The position numbers were made by a program, and so were the translations under genes. 64,000 nt of DNA, taken from NCBI GenBank assembly GCA_964270895.1, contig OZ185438.1; one strand, written 5' to 3'. This document shows positions 26,717 through 39,814 of the stretch, piece after piece (within the stretch, counting starts at the first letter, position 1; every line of letters starts with the position of its first letter). Under the pieces are notes generated by a model, which worked only from the letters and a program-made list of their open reading frames with translations, searched no databases and was not told where the DNA came from. The stretch comes from Podarcis filfolensis. Its lineage: Eukaryota.

Positions 26717-27867
26717 CAGGCACCATACTATGCCTGGAAAAAAACATACAATTCTGCTCTGAAAGAACCCCAACTTTATAGCCAATAGAGTTTTCTTATT
26801 ACAAAAGTTTGAAAAACAAACTGAAGCAAGTCACTGCCTCAGAACTGAAATGAAGTTGGTCTTGTCCAATTTGGACCAAAGCAAACCCTTAAGCACTGAA
26901 GTGAGTCACAAAGCAAATTTGTTTTTTGTATATACAACTACAACATCACACTAAGGCATGTTTTAAAATTAATGTTTTATTTTGCATTTTAACATAATCT
27001 GTACACTGCCCTGAAAGGCAGTCTAGAAATATGATGAGTAGGTATGTAATTTGGGGGGGGATGTTAAATATATATTTTGTTGCTATTAAAAAATTATTCC
27101 CTGCTCCTCAGTCTTCCTGTTTTCAGGACAGCCAGCAAATTCATCCAAATGTGCATAAATCTGCATGTACATGAAATAAAAAATTCTGAAGGAAGAACTT
27201 TTTTCTTTTTTCTTTTTTTACTTTTAAGATAACATGTGGATGTCTCTGAAGATGGTGTTGGTCTTCTGAAGATTTCAGAAGCACTTTTATTGTAAAAAGA
27301 AATTAAACTCCGCTACCCAGTTAATTGAGGGCACCTTTTTAGTGGTTCCTTTTTTAAAAAAAAGAATTGATTAATCTAGCTGTTTAATCTATTAGACATT
27401 GCAGTCCTAATAAAAATACATTTGAAACAGCAGGGCCTTTCACTTAGGTAATGAAGAACACTGAGAAAGAAGTGTGAGTGACAGCTGGAGCTACCACCAA
27501 GGATGCTGTCAGTGGTGGCCAAGCAGCATGTCAAATGAGGCCAGGTTAAGTAAAAATTAAAATTAAGGTGTGCCTTCTGCTGATAGCTATTGCAGCAAAT
27601 CCACTTGCTCAAAAACAAGTGTTAGTTGCCCTGGGGAGGAGGGCCACACAATCTGTCCTCACAGGTAAATTGCAACCCAAGAGACATGTCTTGTGGACTA
27701 CCACTGGTGCTAGCCTTAAGTAGACAGCAAAAACAGTACAGTATGATTATTATTTTAGATTTTTGAGGAGCTTAATGAAAGCTGAGCTCAGCTTGAGGGA
27801 TCACACATTGTGCAGCCTTGCAGTCCAGGTTAATCAAATCTACAGTATATTCAGATACTGCCTTCTC

Positions 27868-28200
27868 TAGGGATAGACAAATCTGTCCATTCACAGATTC
27901 TCTGTTTCTTGTTTTTCCAGTTTTAACTTCAGTTGCCTTCCAGTTCAGTTTACAATATTAAAAAAAAAACTCATGAAGATTTGTCAGCATTTTAGTGCAT
28001 ACTTCTCCAGATGCACTTTTCAGACATTTCCCCCTAATATAATGCATTTTGTAAGTTACCCTAACTAATAGATGTATTTTATGTGCCCTTTCTTCAAATA
28101 TATGCATTTCTGTGCACACTTTTGGTTGGAGAACTGCACTGCAAAATTTAGGGAAGTGCAATTTAGAGAAGTTTGAATTAAGTAGGCTTGTGTTAAAATG
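27868..28200 (-). mobile_element. Old AT-rich MITE (TAGGGATGG-terminus family)
   Basis: tagggatagacaaatctgtc...ggttggagaactgcactgcaaaatt; reverse of the copies at 29300 and 56582. Confidence 0.65.
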
Positions 28201-29299
28201 CAGGGTCTCTTCCAACTCTACAATTCTATGGCAAAAATGTGAGCCAAAACAAATTCCTTTCTTATACCTCTTGATTTATGATGGTGTTGTTGGAATCAGG
28301 TATTTCATATGGTGGCACCTTCCCTTTGGAACACTGTCCCCTTACATATCAGACATGTGTCACCTCTATTGTTTTTTCAGCACCTCTTTCAAAAACACTT
28401 CTCTGTGGACATTCTTATCAGCCACCTAAGAGGCTAGCAGACTGCATTTTCATCCTAGCCACCAAAGAGAGAAGCCCTTTCTTCTACAGCCACCATAAAA
28501 ACACTTGCCTCTTTGTCATTGGAGTATCTATTGAAGGTTCTCTCTCTTTCTACAAACCTTGTTGTAAGTGGATATTTCCATCCCAATTGGTATCTGTATT
28601 GGAGTCAACATTTATTTTTTATTTATTTTGTATTTTGTATATAGAGCAGATGCGCAACTTATGTGGGGGTTATGTTATGGGGATAGCACATAAAGCCAAA
28701 ATCGCTTGGAGTCAAGCGTGCCATGGCGGGTGGAGTTGCAAAAGTTGTTTTTCCCAGACGCCTAACCCCTTTCCGCCCCCTTTTTATTTTTAATTGCCAA
28801 ATGCATAAAGCGGAATACACAAGCTAAATGTGTGTAAGTTGTGGGTCTGCTGTGCAATTGTTTTAACTGGTTTTAAACTGTTGCTATATATACTAGTATT
28901 GTGAAATTGCTTTGAGATACTTATTGGGAAGTGATTCATAAAAGAAATGAATTTATAATAATAAGTATCGAAAGGTATGTGAGGGGAAGATGGAAGAGCT
29001 GAATCGAATACTCTATTTTCTTTTGTAAGCTGTGTTTTTCACATCAATACATTATTTTGCTAGAGAGGCATAAGGAATTAGATCAATATGTCATCAGGAT
29101 AAAGGAATACTATAAATTGTTCTGAGCATTCGGCATTTCTTTTACCATTGGACTGAAAATTGAAAGGGTTTTTAATTTGCCTTCTACTCTCTGTTATCAT
29201 AAGTTTAATTAGAAGGGTGCGAAATGAGTTCTACAAAGAGATAATGACTTCACAAATCATGCTTTTCCCAAAGTATATCAATTCTTTCAAATATCCACA

Positions 29300-29910
29300 A
29301 CATGACGTGTTACATTTGAGCAGTCTAATATGTCAACTACAAATTCTATCTTTCAAAATTCACACTTCTCCAAATTTTGTGATGCAGTTCTTCCAACTCA
29401 AAACTATGTTCAAAAAAATGCTTATATTAGGGTAAAGCAAAACCGCATAGGTAGGTTAGGGAAAATAATGTCCAAAATTCATTTTATGAATTGGTTTGCA
29501 GTACAGTGGTACCTCGGGTTAAGAACTTAATTCATTCCGGAGGTCCGTTCCTAACCTGAAACTGTTCTTAACCTGAGGTACCACTTTAGCTAATGGGGCC
29601 TCCCACTGCTGTCACGCCGCCGCTGTGCGATTTCTGTTCTCATCCTGAAGCAAAGTTCTTAGCCCGGGGTACTATTTCTGGGTTAGCGGAGTCTGTAACC
29701 TGAAGCGTCTGTAACCTGAGGTACCACTGTAATGTCTTAGGCAAAACTGCATATAAAAATTTGTGTGTTGGTAGAAATGCATGCAAAATTATCATGATTT
29801 TTTTTAAAAAAAATCACAAACTGATGTGGAAATCTGGTAAACTGAACTTAAGATTGTGGGGCAAATTAGAAACTGAAAGAAACCAAAATTGATAGAATCC
29901 TCTATCACTA
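29300..29910 (+). mobile_element. Old AT-rich MITE (TAGGGATGG-terminus family) hosting a Tigger-like MITE
   Basis: aaaattcacacttctccaaattttgtgatgcagttct...gaaaccaaaattgatagaatcctctatcacta; the family sequence continues on both sides of 29504-29729. Confidence 0.6.
29504..29729. mobile_element. Tc1/mariner (Tigger-like) MITE
   Basis: TA|CAGTGGTACCTC ... GAGGTACCACTG|TA: perfect 12-bp TIR with TA duplication. Confidence 0.9.
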
Positions 29911-31010
29911 GTAAAAGCAAAGAGGGGCATCCTAGAAGACTATAGATTTTTTCATCAGATGTCATTGGTTGGATCATAAATCACTTGGTGCATTTCAGTT
30001 CTAAGGGCCCCACCAACATCTTCTTCACATTTTATACCACATATGTTCCAGTTAACTTTTGCCTCAGATCCATTGCACTATAGCCCCTCCAAGGTGCATT
30101 CAAATGTGGAGTTCCATGGAGTATCCTTTGATACAGAGCAGTATGTCTGAAGTTGCCCAAGAATTGGCTTTACCTGGTTTTTCCTGGCTCCTTTTGATTG
30201 TCTAAATAAGCAAAATAAAATAAAATCCCATGCTAGTGAGAAGATAGCATTCTTCCTTTAGTCTTATTCTGAGAGGCATTGAATTATCATTTCACAGAAG
30301 TATTATTAAATCTCCCAATATTCTACATAATTTAAAAAGCTTGAGATGTAACAATACTGTAATGATTTTGATGGTGACATATCTTAGCTATTAACTTGTA
30401 ATTACCATAATTACTGAATCAATGGAAATTATGAAAGCCCCAATGAAAATCGTTTTTGTTTATTTTTAAATGTACTTTTGTGGAACAGAGGACAGCAGCC
30501 ACACAATTAATTCTTAAATATTTGTATGATGGATTATGAATGAGATGCATGAAGGAGGAAAAAGAAAGAAATGCCTACTGTTTTTGTTGTCTTATATAAC
30601 AGATTATGGGGAGATAGCATGAGAGTTTGCTAAGTGTAATGATATAGGCAAAATGCTGTTGTGCAGAATGAAATCATTATAAGCCAATGTGATTAGAGTA
30701 TCTGTGTTTGAACATCCTTACAATCAAATTTCTCTCTCTGCACCCCCATAGCTCTTAAGCTTACTATATTATTTATTTCTTCAACAGCTTTAATCAAAAA
30801 AAGCTCCTTAAAAGTCGCATTTCATTTGCGACAGTCGAGGTCTGATGGTGCAGAAGTAAATCACAATGATTTTCATATCAAAGTGAAACATGGTCTTATA
30901 ATTACTTAGACTGCAATTCTTAAGCTTCCAGCGCTAAGCTATTCCCATCACTGTTGATATGAATTTCGCGAGGCTGTAAACAAGTGGGCAATGACACAAA
31001 CCATTGTTTG

Positions 31011-31256
31011 GGAGAGCCGGTGTGGTGTAGTAGTTAAGAGCGGTGGACTCGTAATCTGGTGAACTGGGTTTGCATCTCCACTCCTCCACATGCAGCTGCT
31101 GGGTGACCTTGGGCCAGTCACACTTCTCTGAAGTCTCTCAGCCCCACTCACCTCACAGAGTGTTTGTTGTGGGGGAAGAAGGGAAAGGAGAATGTTAGCC
31201 GCTTTGAGACTCCTTCGGGTAGTGATAAAGCGGGATATCAAATCCAAACTCCTCTT
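31011..31256 (+). mobile_element. Squam3-type SINE
   Basis: Same sequence as 6347-6596 and 35267-35556. Confidence 0.88.
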
Positions 31257-32218
31257 ATCAATGCCTGATGCTTCTCAAAGACTGAGGATGCCTCCAGACA
31301 GTGTTTATTGTAAGGTTGGTGCTCCTCATGCACACTTGTGTTTTGCTCTGCTTTGGTTTTCTAACAGCATCTATATGATGTCATTGTCATCAAAATGCCA
31401 GTCCCCACCCCCCAAATTAATGGATTTTCAGGGGGGAACTGTAGTGAGGTGTTATGTGAAGTTGACAAGCAACTACAAGTTGTAGAAATGGGGCAAATGT
31501 TGTCACCGTCCCCAGCGTTATCATTGACCACATTAATTTGATGTGTTCTTCATTGCAAATATGGTTCTCAGTGAAGTCTCTGAGATGACTCCATCAGTCT
31601 TTCCCTGTCCTCTTCTTTTAGTAAATTATTCTTTATACTTGTGACTCTTTCCCAAAGGCAGGATATCTGGTCCATTGAAGATATATGCCTCTATATCGGA
31701 AATGTCTATGCTTTGAATGTACCAGCTTCTTTTCTGTAGAATTTTACTGTTGGATCATCTTACATATTTGTAAATCATTTCATGTTATCTTCTGTGTGTT
31801 TTAAGCCCAAACATCTGACAACTGAAATCCTCTAGTTCTTCCAGTGATCCTTCCAAATTAAACTTGGATCTTAGTCTTCTTTTCTCCTTTGTAGCTTGGG
31901 TGCAGTTTGAAAAGGATGCTTTTTCTCAGTTGCTCACTTCCAAGATATGTCATTCAAATCCTGTGTGAAATACTTGTTTTTCTGAGCTTCCCTATTTTTA
32001 AATCTCTCATCTTATCTGTGACAAAATGAGCATTTGCTTTTTGCATTGCGTTGCAGGGAGGTCAGCATTGTGCAAATGGACCAGTAGGAGCACTGGATTG
32101 GCTATGCCAGTGGGTTTGCAAGACACCAACCTTTCTGCAACGTTCCCCCCCCCCTTCTTCCTGATAAGCAATAATAACCTACCTGCTGGGAAGCTAGCAT
32201 AGCGGTTTTGCCTTCATC

Positions 32219-32380
32219 TAGAGATGGGAAGGCCTGGGGGGGGAATGGGAAAATGGGGGGGGGAGACCAGTTTTTTTCTGGTTTTTTCCCTTTGGAAAAA
32301 ATGGCTTTGGGGAAAAACAGAAAAAACCCTGGGGGGGTTTCCCATTTTTTCTGGGGGTTTTCCAGACCTTCCCATCTCTA
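32219..32380. mobile_element. Palindromic G/T-tract MITE
   Basis: TAGAGATGGGAAGG(C)CTGG ... CCAGACCTTCCCATCTCTA terminal inverted repeat; interior of homopolymer tracts. Confidence 0.7.
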
Positions 32381-32867
32381 CCCTCACCTGGTGAGCCACT
32401 TCTGTAAATGTGGTGTAAGTCAGAGGTTCTTAAACAGTGGCCCATAGACCACTGGTGGTCTGAAAGCTCCATTCAGGTGGTCCATAGAAATGTTGCTGAG
32501 GAGCCAGAAAAAATGGACACAAGTTCATTGGGAGGGTATGCAAAGGGTTAAGTTTAAAATACAGTGTGTCCAATGTTGGCTGGCAGTTGGTTATTACCAG
32601 ACCATAACACTGGTCTGGTGAAAGCAATGGATTTTTTATATTCAGTTAGAGGATTATGAGATTGCACTTCTGATTGGTTTGCTAGATAGAAATTCTCAGT
32701 CACTTGTTGCATAGAAAAAGTGGTCTGATAAGGGGAAAGAATTCTATGCCCTCAAATCTGATTGGTTGAAGGGTAGGCTGTGTGGAACATAAATTAGTCT
32801 TACATGGTGTGAGAGAATTTGACTTGCATACCAAAAGGTCCAAAAGGTCCAAGTCAGGCTGAAAGAG

Positions 32868-32968
32868 GACACTGCCTGAAACTAGAGAGATCCATTGCCA
32901 CTTGCTGTAGACATTACTGAACTAGTTGGACCAATGGCCTGACTCAGTGTCAGCTTCCCATGTTCCTA
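32868..32968 (+). mobile_element. 3' fragment of Squam2-like SINE
   Basis: ctgcctgaaac...tgtagacattactgaactagttggaccaatggcctgactcagt...gcttcccatgttccta. Confidence 0.6.
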
Positions 32969-35266
32969 GTTTGTTTGTTTTAAAATTGTCTGAAAATACG
33001 CCTGGGGAAGCTTTCTTCTTCCTTTCATATCTTACCATTCTGAATCTTTATGTTTTCTGAAGGATTTGAAAGGAAATAAAGAAATATAGAAGTTTTCTAC
33101 GGACTTATAAAAGACATCTGACTGAGCTCCACTAGGAACAAGGCTTAACTGAAAGGTTGCCAAGTGATTGTGGCTTCTACCTGTTTCAGCAGCTGCTATA
33201 GCCACCTGTGGAAAGTCCGTTTCCAACCATCTTTCAGTGCTGCCAACACCCACCTGCTCCCTCCAGCAGCACTCAGTTTTTGCCTGGTCTGAGCATCCAA
33301 GCTGAAGAAGGGATATGTTCATCCAGAAGTTCCCATGTAAACAAGAGCAGAAAGGTTTAAACAAAATTACTTATGTTCTGTAAAAAACGACAACACAGTT
33401 TTCTCCCCTTACACACAAATTGCTTTTCCATGCCTGTGTCCTAGCCTTAGGCATGCAATGAAGTCAATGGCCTGTGACCAATAAAAAGAGCAGCAATCCA
33501 TAATTCAGTAAGATCTTGCTCTCACTGCTCGGTGCTCTACCCTGACAAAGGAGCATAGTAAAGTGATGTTAAATAAGCAATTCATGGCTGAACAGCTACC
33601 GGAGTCCTCAAGCACCTGCAAGAATGATGACCACAGAAGATTACGCTTCCAACAGGGGGTTCAAAATGTGACACAGCATTTTGGAACCTGACATTTCATT
33701 TCAAAGGATGTGCTGTTCTGGACCCAACCACAACTTAAGCCATTCATAGCTGGCATGTATGTGCTACATATGTGCAGGCAGGTGCAATGGATACAAGCCT
33801 TTAAATATTCTGGCCAGACCAGCCAGAGCCTTCCTGGCAGTAAAACAAAGGAATTTATGTGCCCACCTTTTGTCAGAACTTCTCAGTCAAACTTGGTTCT
33901 CTGGTCTAAACAGTGAAGAGATTAAACTTACTGCTGTTCCCTGCCAGAAATTTCCTCACCAGTCTTGATGCAGACCTTGCAGTTACACGTATTTCCCCTC
34001 ACTCAGCACAAGCCCAGTCTAAAATTTGGTGCATGTTTTTTTCTGGCACAAGGCATTTTAAAAGCTATATAATTCTAGTAAATGATCAATAACTGAAATA
34101 AGAGCCTGATTCTTCAGCAGAGACCTGCTGCAGCAACATCTCAGCAGGAAGGATCTTGCTGAAAACGGCAGAGAATAGGCTTTACTAATTAAGGAAGCAT
34201 TACAGCAAGCTCAAATCTGCTTGTGAATGTCTCCGTCTGTGATTCAATCAGGATCCAGAGTCCTCAGATTGCTTACATCTCTTTTTTATTCCAAACAGAA
34301 GACGCAACAGGCCACATTGTTCAGCATATGCCACTGGAAGTTGGGAGGTGGGCAAGAAAAAACCCTCACTAAAAATGGGTCCCAGCACATTCTGACCTTG
34401 GTAGGTTCTTTGACACCTACTGAGTTGCCTGCAGAAATCAAATCTTCCCCAGAGGTAAATAAATTTTGCATTGCCAAAGGGAATTGTTATGAGCCTTAAG
34501 ATAAAGTCATTTCTGGCAGGCGCTGATTTAGCATTACCTCTGAGATGGTTTGATTTCATCAGCTGACAGAAATCAGCTCTTGGGAACTCTCCCCATCAAT
34601 GCAACATTTCTATGCAATTATGCTCAAGTTCGGAACAGACACTGCAATGTGAGCTTCAAAGTTGATCAGGGTGCAGATAATAAAGACAGATACACACCTT
34701 CCCTCGTTACAAGCAGTTGGTACCTACAGGATAAACAACTATTTCAGAGAAGCAAATGGTTGCATTTAATAATTGCTGTTAACATTTGTGTTGGCAGGAG
34801 AGGAATGAAAACTGCAGTGAGAAATGCACCCTTCAAGTGGCAGAAGTAATAAGGGTAAGCAGCAACACGTTTTATCATTTCCTATAAACTGGAGAATATA
34901 ATCCAATCTTATCAACATAACTTTCTGTTTTTGGGAGCATGTGGTTACTTAACAAATTCAGTGATGGCGATACAGGACTGCAGCCACCAAAATTGTCCCA
35001 TTAGTGCAAGGACTTTTGTCTGCACAACCTCCTTTCCCTCTTCTCTCACCATGTACAACCCATGCACCCACAAAGAGACATGTACATATGCTCTGGGGAT
35101 TCCGCCAGCCCTCCAGAGCATATATGGGGCAGCAGGGGAACACAAGCAGAGGGGAGGAAGAGGGAGACATGTTGTGCAGACAGAAATCCCATAGCTATTG
35201 GGATGACATTGATAGATACAACCCAAAGTATTCTTTGCTCTTATTTACAACCAACTCACCACTCAC

Positions 35267-35556
35267 GCCAGTGTGGTGTAGTGGTTAAGAGTGGTGGACT
35301 CGTAATCTGGTGAACTGGGTTCGCTTCCCTGCTCCTCCACATGCAGCTGCTGGGTGACCTTGGGCTAGTCACACTTCTCTGAAGTCTCTCAGCCCCACTC
35401 ACCTCACAGAGTGTTTGTTGTGGGGGAAGAAGGGAAAGGAGATTGTTAGCCACTTTGAGACTCCTTAGGGTAGTGATAAAGTGGGATATCAAATCCAAAC
35501 AACAACTCCTCTTCTTCTTCTTCTTCTTCTTCTTCTTCTTCTTCTTCTTCTTCTTC
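35267..35556 (+). mobile_element. Squam3-type SINE with expanded (TTC)n tail (35511-35556)
   Basis: Same family as 6347 and 31011. Confidence 0.9.
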
Positions 35557-37823
35557 CCCACAGCCTGACACTTGTTATGTGTGGGAGTATATGGGGGAAT
35601 AAGGAGGGCAGTTGTACCTCCCCCCCCCCATGACCCATAATCCCCATATTCCGAGCTTTTGTTTTTTATATATATAATTCTAGAATATTTAGAATCTAAG
35701 ATAAGGATCAAAATGTACAGACATTCTTCTTCTTGATTTTTTGTCAGAAACTATTCTTGCTTGTCTTCTTTGCGCTGGAAAGATTCCTGTAGATGCCCAC
35801 GATTTTATGGTTCCTTGTATCTTCAGTCTGTACTAGCCCAAGAGGATTTACAGTAGTTGGTATCCTATACCTCACTGATCGGGATAAATCTGGAATAGGA
35901 TTGCACTGGTAGCCCTTTGGTTGTCCCAATTCAGGTTCTGGTATCTGCCCAACATAGTCTGCAGTGAAAACTGACAAACAGTTTGTTGAGACTTTGTGAA
36001 ATCTCTCTATTCTCTTTCAGTTGACCTTTCTCATCATCTGGTTACATGAGCAGGGAAAATCCAAGCAGATGTGGTTCACTGGAAAGGAAATATATTTCTT
36101 TATAAATAAATTTCAATTTATCAGTGTTCAGGGTTCTTTACAGAGCAACATAAGCAAAGAAGAGATAGTGTCATAATGGGATTGATTTTATATCATTTTT
36201 ATCTATGCTTATATGCCCTCTGGGTCTTCAAGGTAGGGCAATCTGTGCAGTTATGTCAAATTAATAAAACTGTTGAAAGAGATCAACCTAGCCTTCTTTG
36301 GTTTAAATCCAGTTCCTCTATATGGCTTGTCTTCCAAACCTTTTGTTGGACTGGTAGTTTCCAGTTAGGCACCATCCATATTGAAATGTGACAATGAAAA
36401 CCAAACACAGTAGTATTCAGAGAGGGTCCATGGGCACAACAGCTGGTGCTCCATGGAAAGAAGAGGTAAAGGGGTGAGGAGGGAAGAGAAAGGTGCCTTA
36501 AGACTCCTGCACCAAGTAGGAAAGGCACTTTCAATTTCTTAAGGACCTGAAAGTTATGCGCAGACCTCACTCCCTATCAAAGGCGTGGAAGGAGCTGCTG
36601 CTCACCCATCATTGATGCCAAGAGTCTGTCCTGACTCATTAAGAACAATGAAAAGGGTGTAAGGACTGAAGGGAGTTCTCCACATAGCCCTGTAGTTCAT
36701 GATCCGTTGCTGGTGCGTGAAAGATTTATGAGCAAAACTCCCCGCTGACTGAGAATAAAACAGAATCTGGCTGGCTCCCAAGTACAAAATTGCTTCCTCC
36801 TCTCCAGAGACATATACGTAAAACAGATTCTTGTTAGATGGGAAATAACACTGCATTTCTCCAGTTATTAGTATTTTGAAACAACAACAACAATGAAATA
36901 ATTAATTACAGCAGTATTTTGGTTTTGAAAGACTGGGTAGCTTAATTTTAAGGCGTTCATTCATTTGTCATTATTTTACAATTGAGTTCCAGTAATGTCT
37001 TTAATCTGTTGTCATTAAGCGGATAGTGAGCCACAAAAAAGACAGCTTCTGTTCAACGAAGGCCAGATGCCATATTTGTTTATTTGTATGTCTGGCTTTT
37101 TCACAAATAAAGCAGGAGTGACAGGTCTAATATTTACATAAGAAAGTAAGGGGTCGTGAGCCCTGAGCTCTTCTTTACCTTACTTTCCCATTCATATGTA
37201 TCTGCACAAATAATTTTGCTCTCTACCATCATATTGGTAGGTCCATAGAACATTACAATACTCTGTCATACGTGTATGTGGAGGAAAAACTTAAACACGG
37301 TGCAGCAGAGTTTCCAAAAAAATAGACCAGAGGCAATATTTCATCCAGCAGAGCTTTTACTTGTGCTGAAGGCAAATGAGCATAATGGTCAATAATTTAG
37401 TACATTCAGGATTGGCACAGTCCATAAAAAATCCAGTTGCAGCACTTACAAAAACTTATAAACTTAACTCTAAGCTTAACACTATGTACACCAGACCAGA
37501 AGGAAGAGAGAGAAGGGGAAAGTAAAACCCAGGCTCCTTCTGGCCTATATTTATAGTCAGCATGACCTTAGTTGGAAGAGATAAGAGAACCAGTTCAAAC
37601 CAGCTTCCCAGAAGGTATAACCCAAACAATCATTAACCCTTCTGCCTGCTTCTCTCACACAGAGAAGCTTCTAGTAGCTTCTCGAATCCTCTTGTATTAA
37701 TCAGAAAAGGAATGATCTCCACACATCAGATCAATACTTTCTGCACTAAGAAATGCAAACTGACATACTCAAGTTGAAAAGTTATCCAAAAGAAAAGAAA
37801 AGGGGGGTGGATCAGGAGTAGCC

Positions 37824-37900
37824 AAGACTTTAGAAAGGAACTCAGCTGGAGAATCATCCAAAGACTTTAGAAAGGAACTCAGCTGGAGAATCATCCAAAG
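37824..37900. repeat. Perfect 37-bp tandem duplication
   Basis: aagactttagaaaggaactcagctggagaatcatcca at 37824-37860 and 37861-37897. Confidence 0.95.
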
Positions 37901-38485
37901 TTGAAAGAATGTAGGCCTTGCCAAGCTAGGCAGGGCTGCTTCCTACCATTAGGGAGAGTTAGGCAGTCACTCCAGACTGCAGGTTGTGTGTGGCATGGAG
38001 TGACAGGAAAGAGGTTAGACCTGTGTTTGCCACATGACCTGTCCCAGGTGAAGGATGCTGTCCCTTCACCAGTGCTGACAGAAGATTCAACCGCCAATTC
38101 CATTGGCTTCTGTATGTGAAATAAGGGTGGGGGCAGCAACATGTCTTGGGTTTGCCCTGATCTAAAAAGGCAGATCCAGGAGCATTCGCAAATGTGAGCC
38201 TGTCTGTAAGTGACAGTGTGACATGGTTGTCCCTTGGTGATAATCTGGAGCCAGTAACCCAAAAGTCTCTCCATATTGTATGGATTACATTTCACTTTAT
38301 CTACCCTCATTCATCTCATTATCGATCTCAGGCAGCCATTCACAGGGAATTCTAACCGCACCTGATGCTAAGGGAGACAAAAGAAGTACTTGTGAGTTGC
38401 TGACACCAAACTGTGAACTCTCAGCTGACCAAGAGACAAGATGGAGCACCGTGGAGCCCCACAGTACAAATCCAATGGGAAACAA

Positions 38486-38799
38486 TTCTTCTTCCTTGGC
38501 GATCACTTGTAGCCGAGTAAGATTGTCTTCCATAAACGCGGTTTTAACAATGAATCTGTAAGTGACTGTGGAGGCCAATTCTGGATCCACACGTCCTTCC
38601 ACAATGGGGACATTGGTTTCCAGGCGGGAGTTGATCATGGTGTGGATTTGCCAAGCGTGCCTTCCTCTTAGCACGTTTCTCCCTTGTGTCCTGAGTTCAA
38701 GCGTCTTCAAATTGGAGCGCTTGCAGGCCAGTGTTTCCCAATAGTTGGTGCTTATACTACATTTTTTAGATTTGCCTTGAGACAGTCTTTAAACCTCTT
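38486..38799 (-). mobile_element. RTE-clade (non-BovB) LINE 3' fragment
   Basis: Manual translation across frameshifts: KRFKDCLKANL..CSISTNYWETLACKRSN / FEDA*TQDTREKRAKRKARLANPH...QCPHCGRTCGSRIGLHSHLQIHC*, the RTE C-terminal C2H2-like finger. Short 3'UTR and (GAA)n tail. Confidence 0.85.
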
Positions 38800-39814
38800 A
38801 GCAGGGTATCTACACACACACAAAAATGCTGTGGAAATGGTGTTTTTTTTTTAAAAAAATGAAAAATACATTGAATTTGCCATAGCTCACTGTTACCATC
38901 TAGTGTCACATTTGTATATTGCACTTTACAACACACTTAAAATGTTTTATTTGTAGCTGTATAGCTGAGTCCTGGGTTTAGGAGTACAGCCTTAATCAAG
39001 TAATGAATTAAAAGTAATACAATTAGTCAACTAAAAGAAATATAATTGGGTGACAGCCTTCATTTTCTGGCATAGCAGTAGTGTGCACTGTTATTTTGCT
39101 AAAAAAAGACATTTGAAAAGCTGAGTCTTTAGAAAGCTTTGTGCTTCTACCATTTTACTTATATTCTCATATAACAGCTGCTGCAATGTAAAGCTAGCTT
39201 GGGTTCTGTCTTTTCAATTGCAAATGATTATATCTGATAACGATTTTGTGTTTTTCTTAATGACTTCTAATTAGAAAATAGTTATAAATATGTGATTAAG
39301 TGTACTCACACTATTAAAATAATTACGCAAATTATGTAAGTGCAGCCCAGTCAGGGAAAAATTTGCATGAGGCAATTAATACAACACATCAACATTTATT
39401 CTATGCATGGGCAGCACTCTCTGTTTCATGAAATCTCATTGGAGAGATTTGAGAGGAAAACAAGGATTAATAAGGTACACTGAAAGAGATGTCACTTTTC
39501 TGGCCATAAGTAAAACAGATGCATAAGTATGAAAAAGGATACATGGAAGTGGGAGAGAATCATGAAGCCATGAAGCAGTTGAGGAAATTACAAGGCCAAT
39601 TCACACTATCCCAGTGTGAAGGCAATGTGGGGATGAGAAAAAGAGAAACAAGTATGCTACTATATTGAAGCACTTGCATTACTGCTTCATTGGCCCAGTT
39701 TAGATGTGAAACTCTTGCCACACTTCTCCTAAGAGCCATGCTGGAAAACCTCTGGGATTTGTTAAACCACAATTTAGTGTTACATCTCAACAGGAAAACT
39801 GTGTCTTGATCTCC

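Noticed and set aside
28278-28793. 171-aa plus ORF
   Set aside because: No recognisable homology; part of it overlaps what looks like a degraded L2 fragment (~28290-28400).
35744-35977. 77-aa minus ORF behind an acceptor-like site
   Set aside because: No recognisable homologue, no partner exons; insufficient support.
37377-37733. Third, minus-strand LTR (TATA-like ctataaatata on the minus strand)
   Set aside because: I could not define TG..CA ends with a TSD or a polyA signal; left uncalled.
37824-37900. CRISPR-like repeat
   Set aside because: Directly adjacent units with no spacers, in a vertebrate genome.
38297-38710. 137-aa minus ORF as a host gene
   Set aside because: It is an off-frame reading of the RTE 3' fragment.
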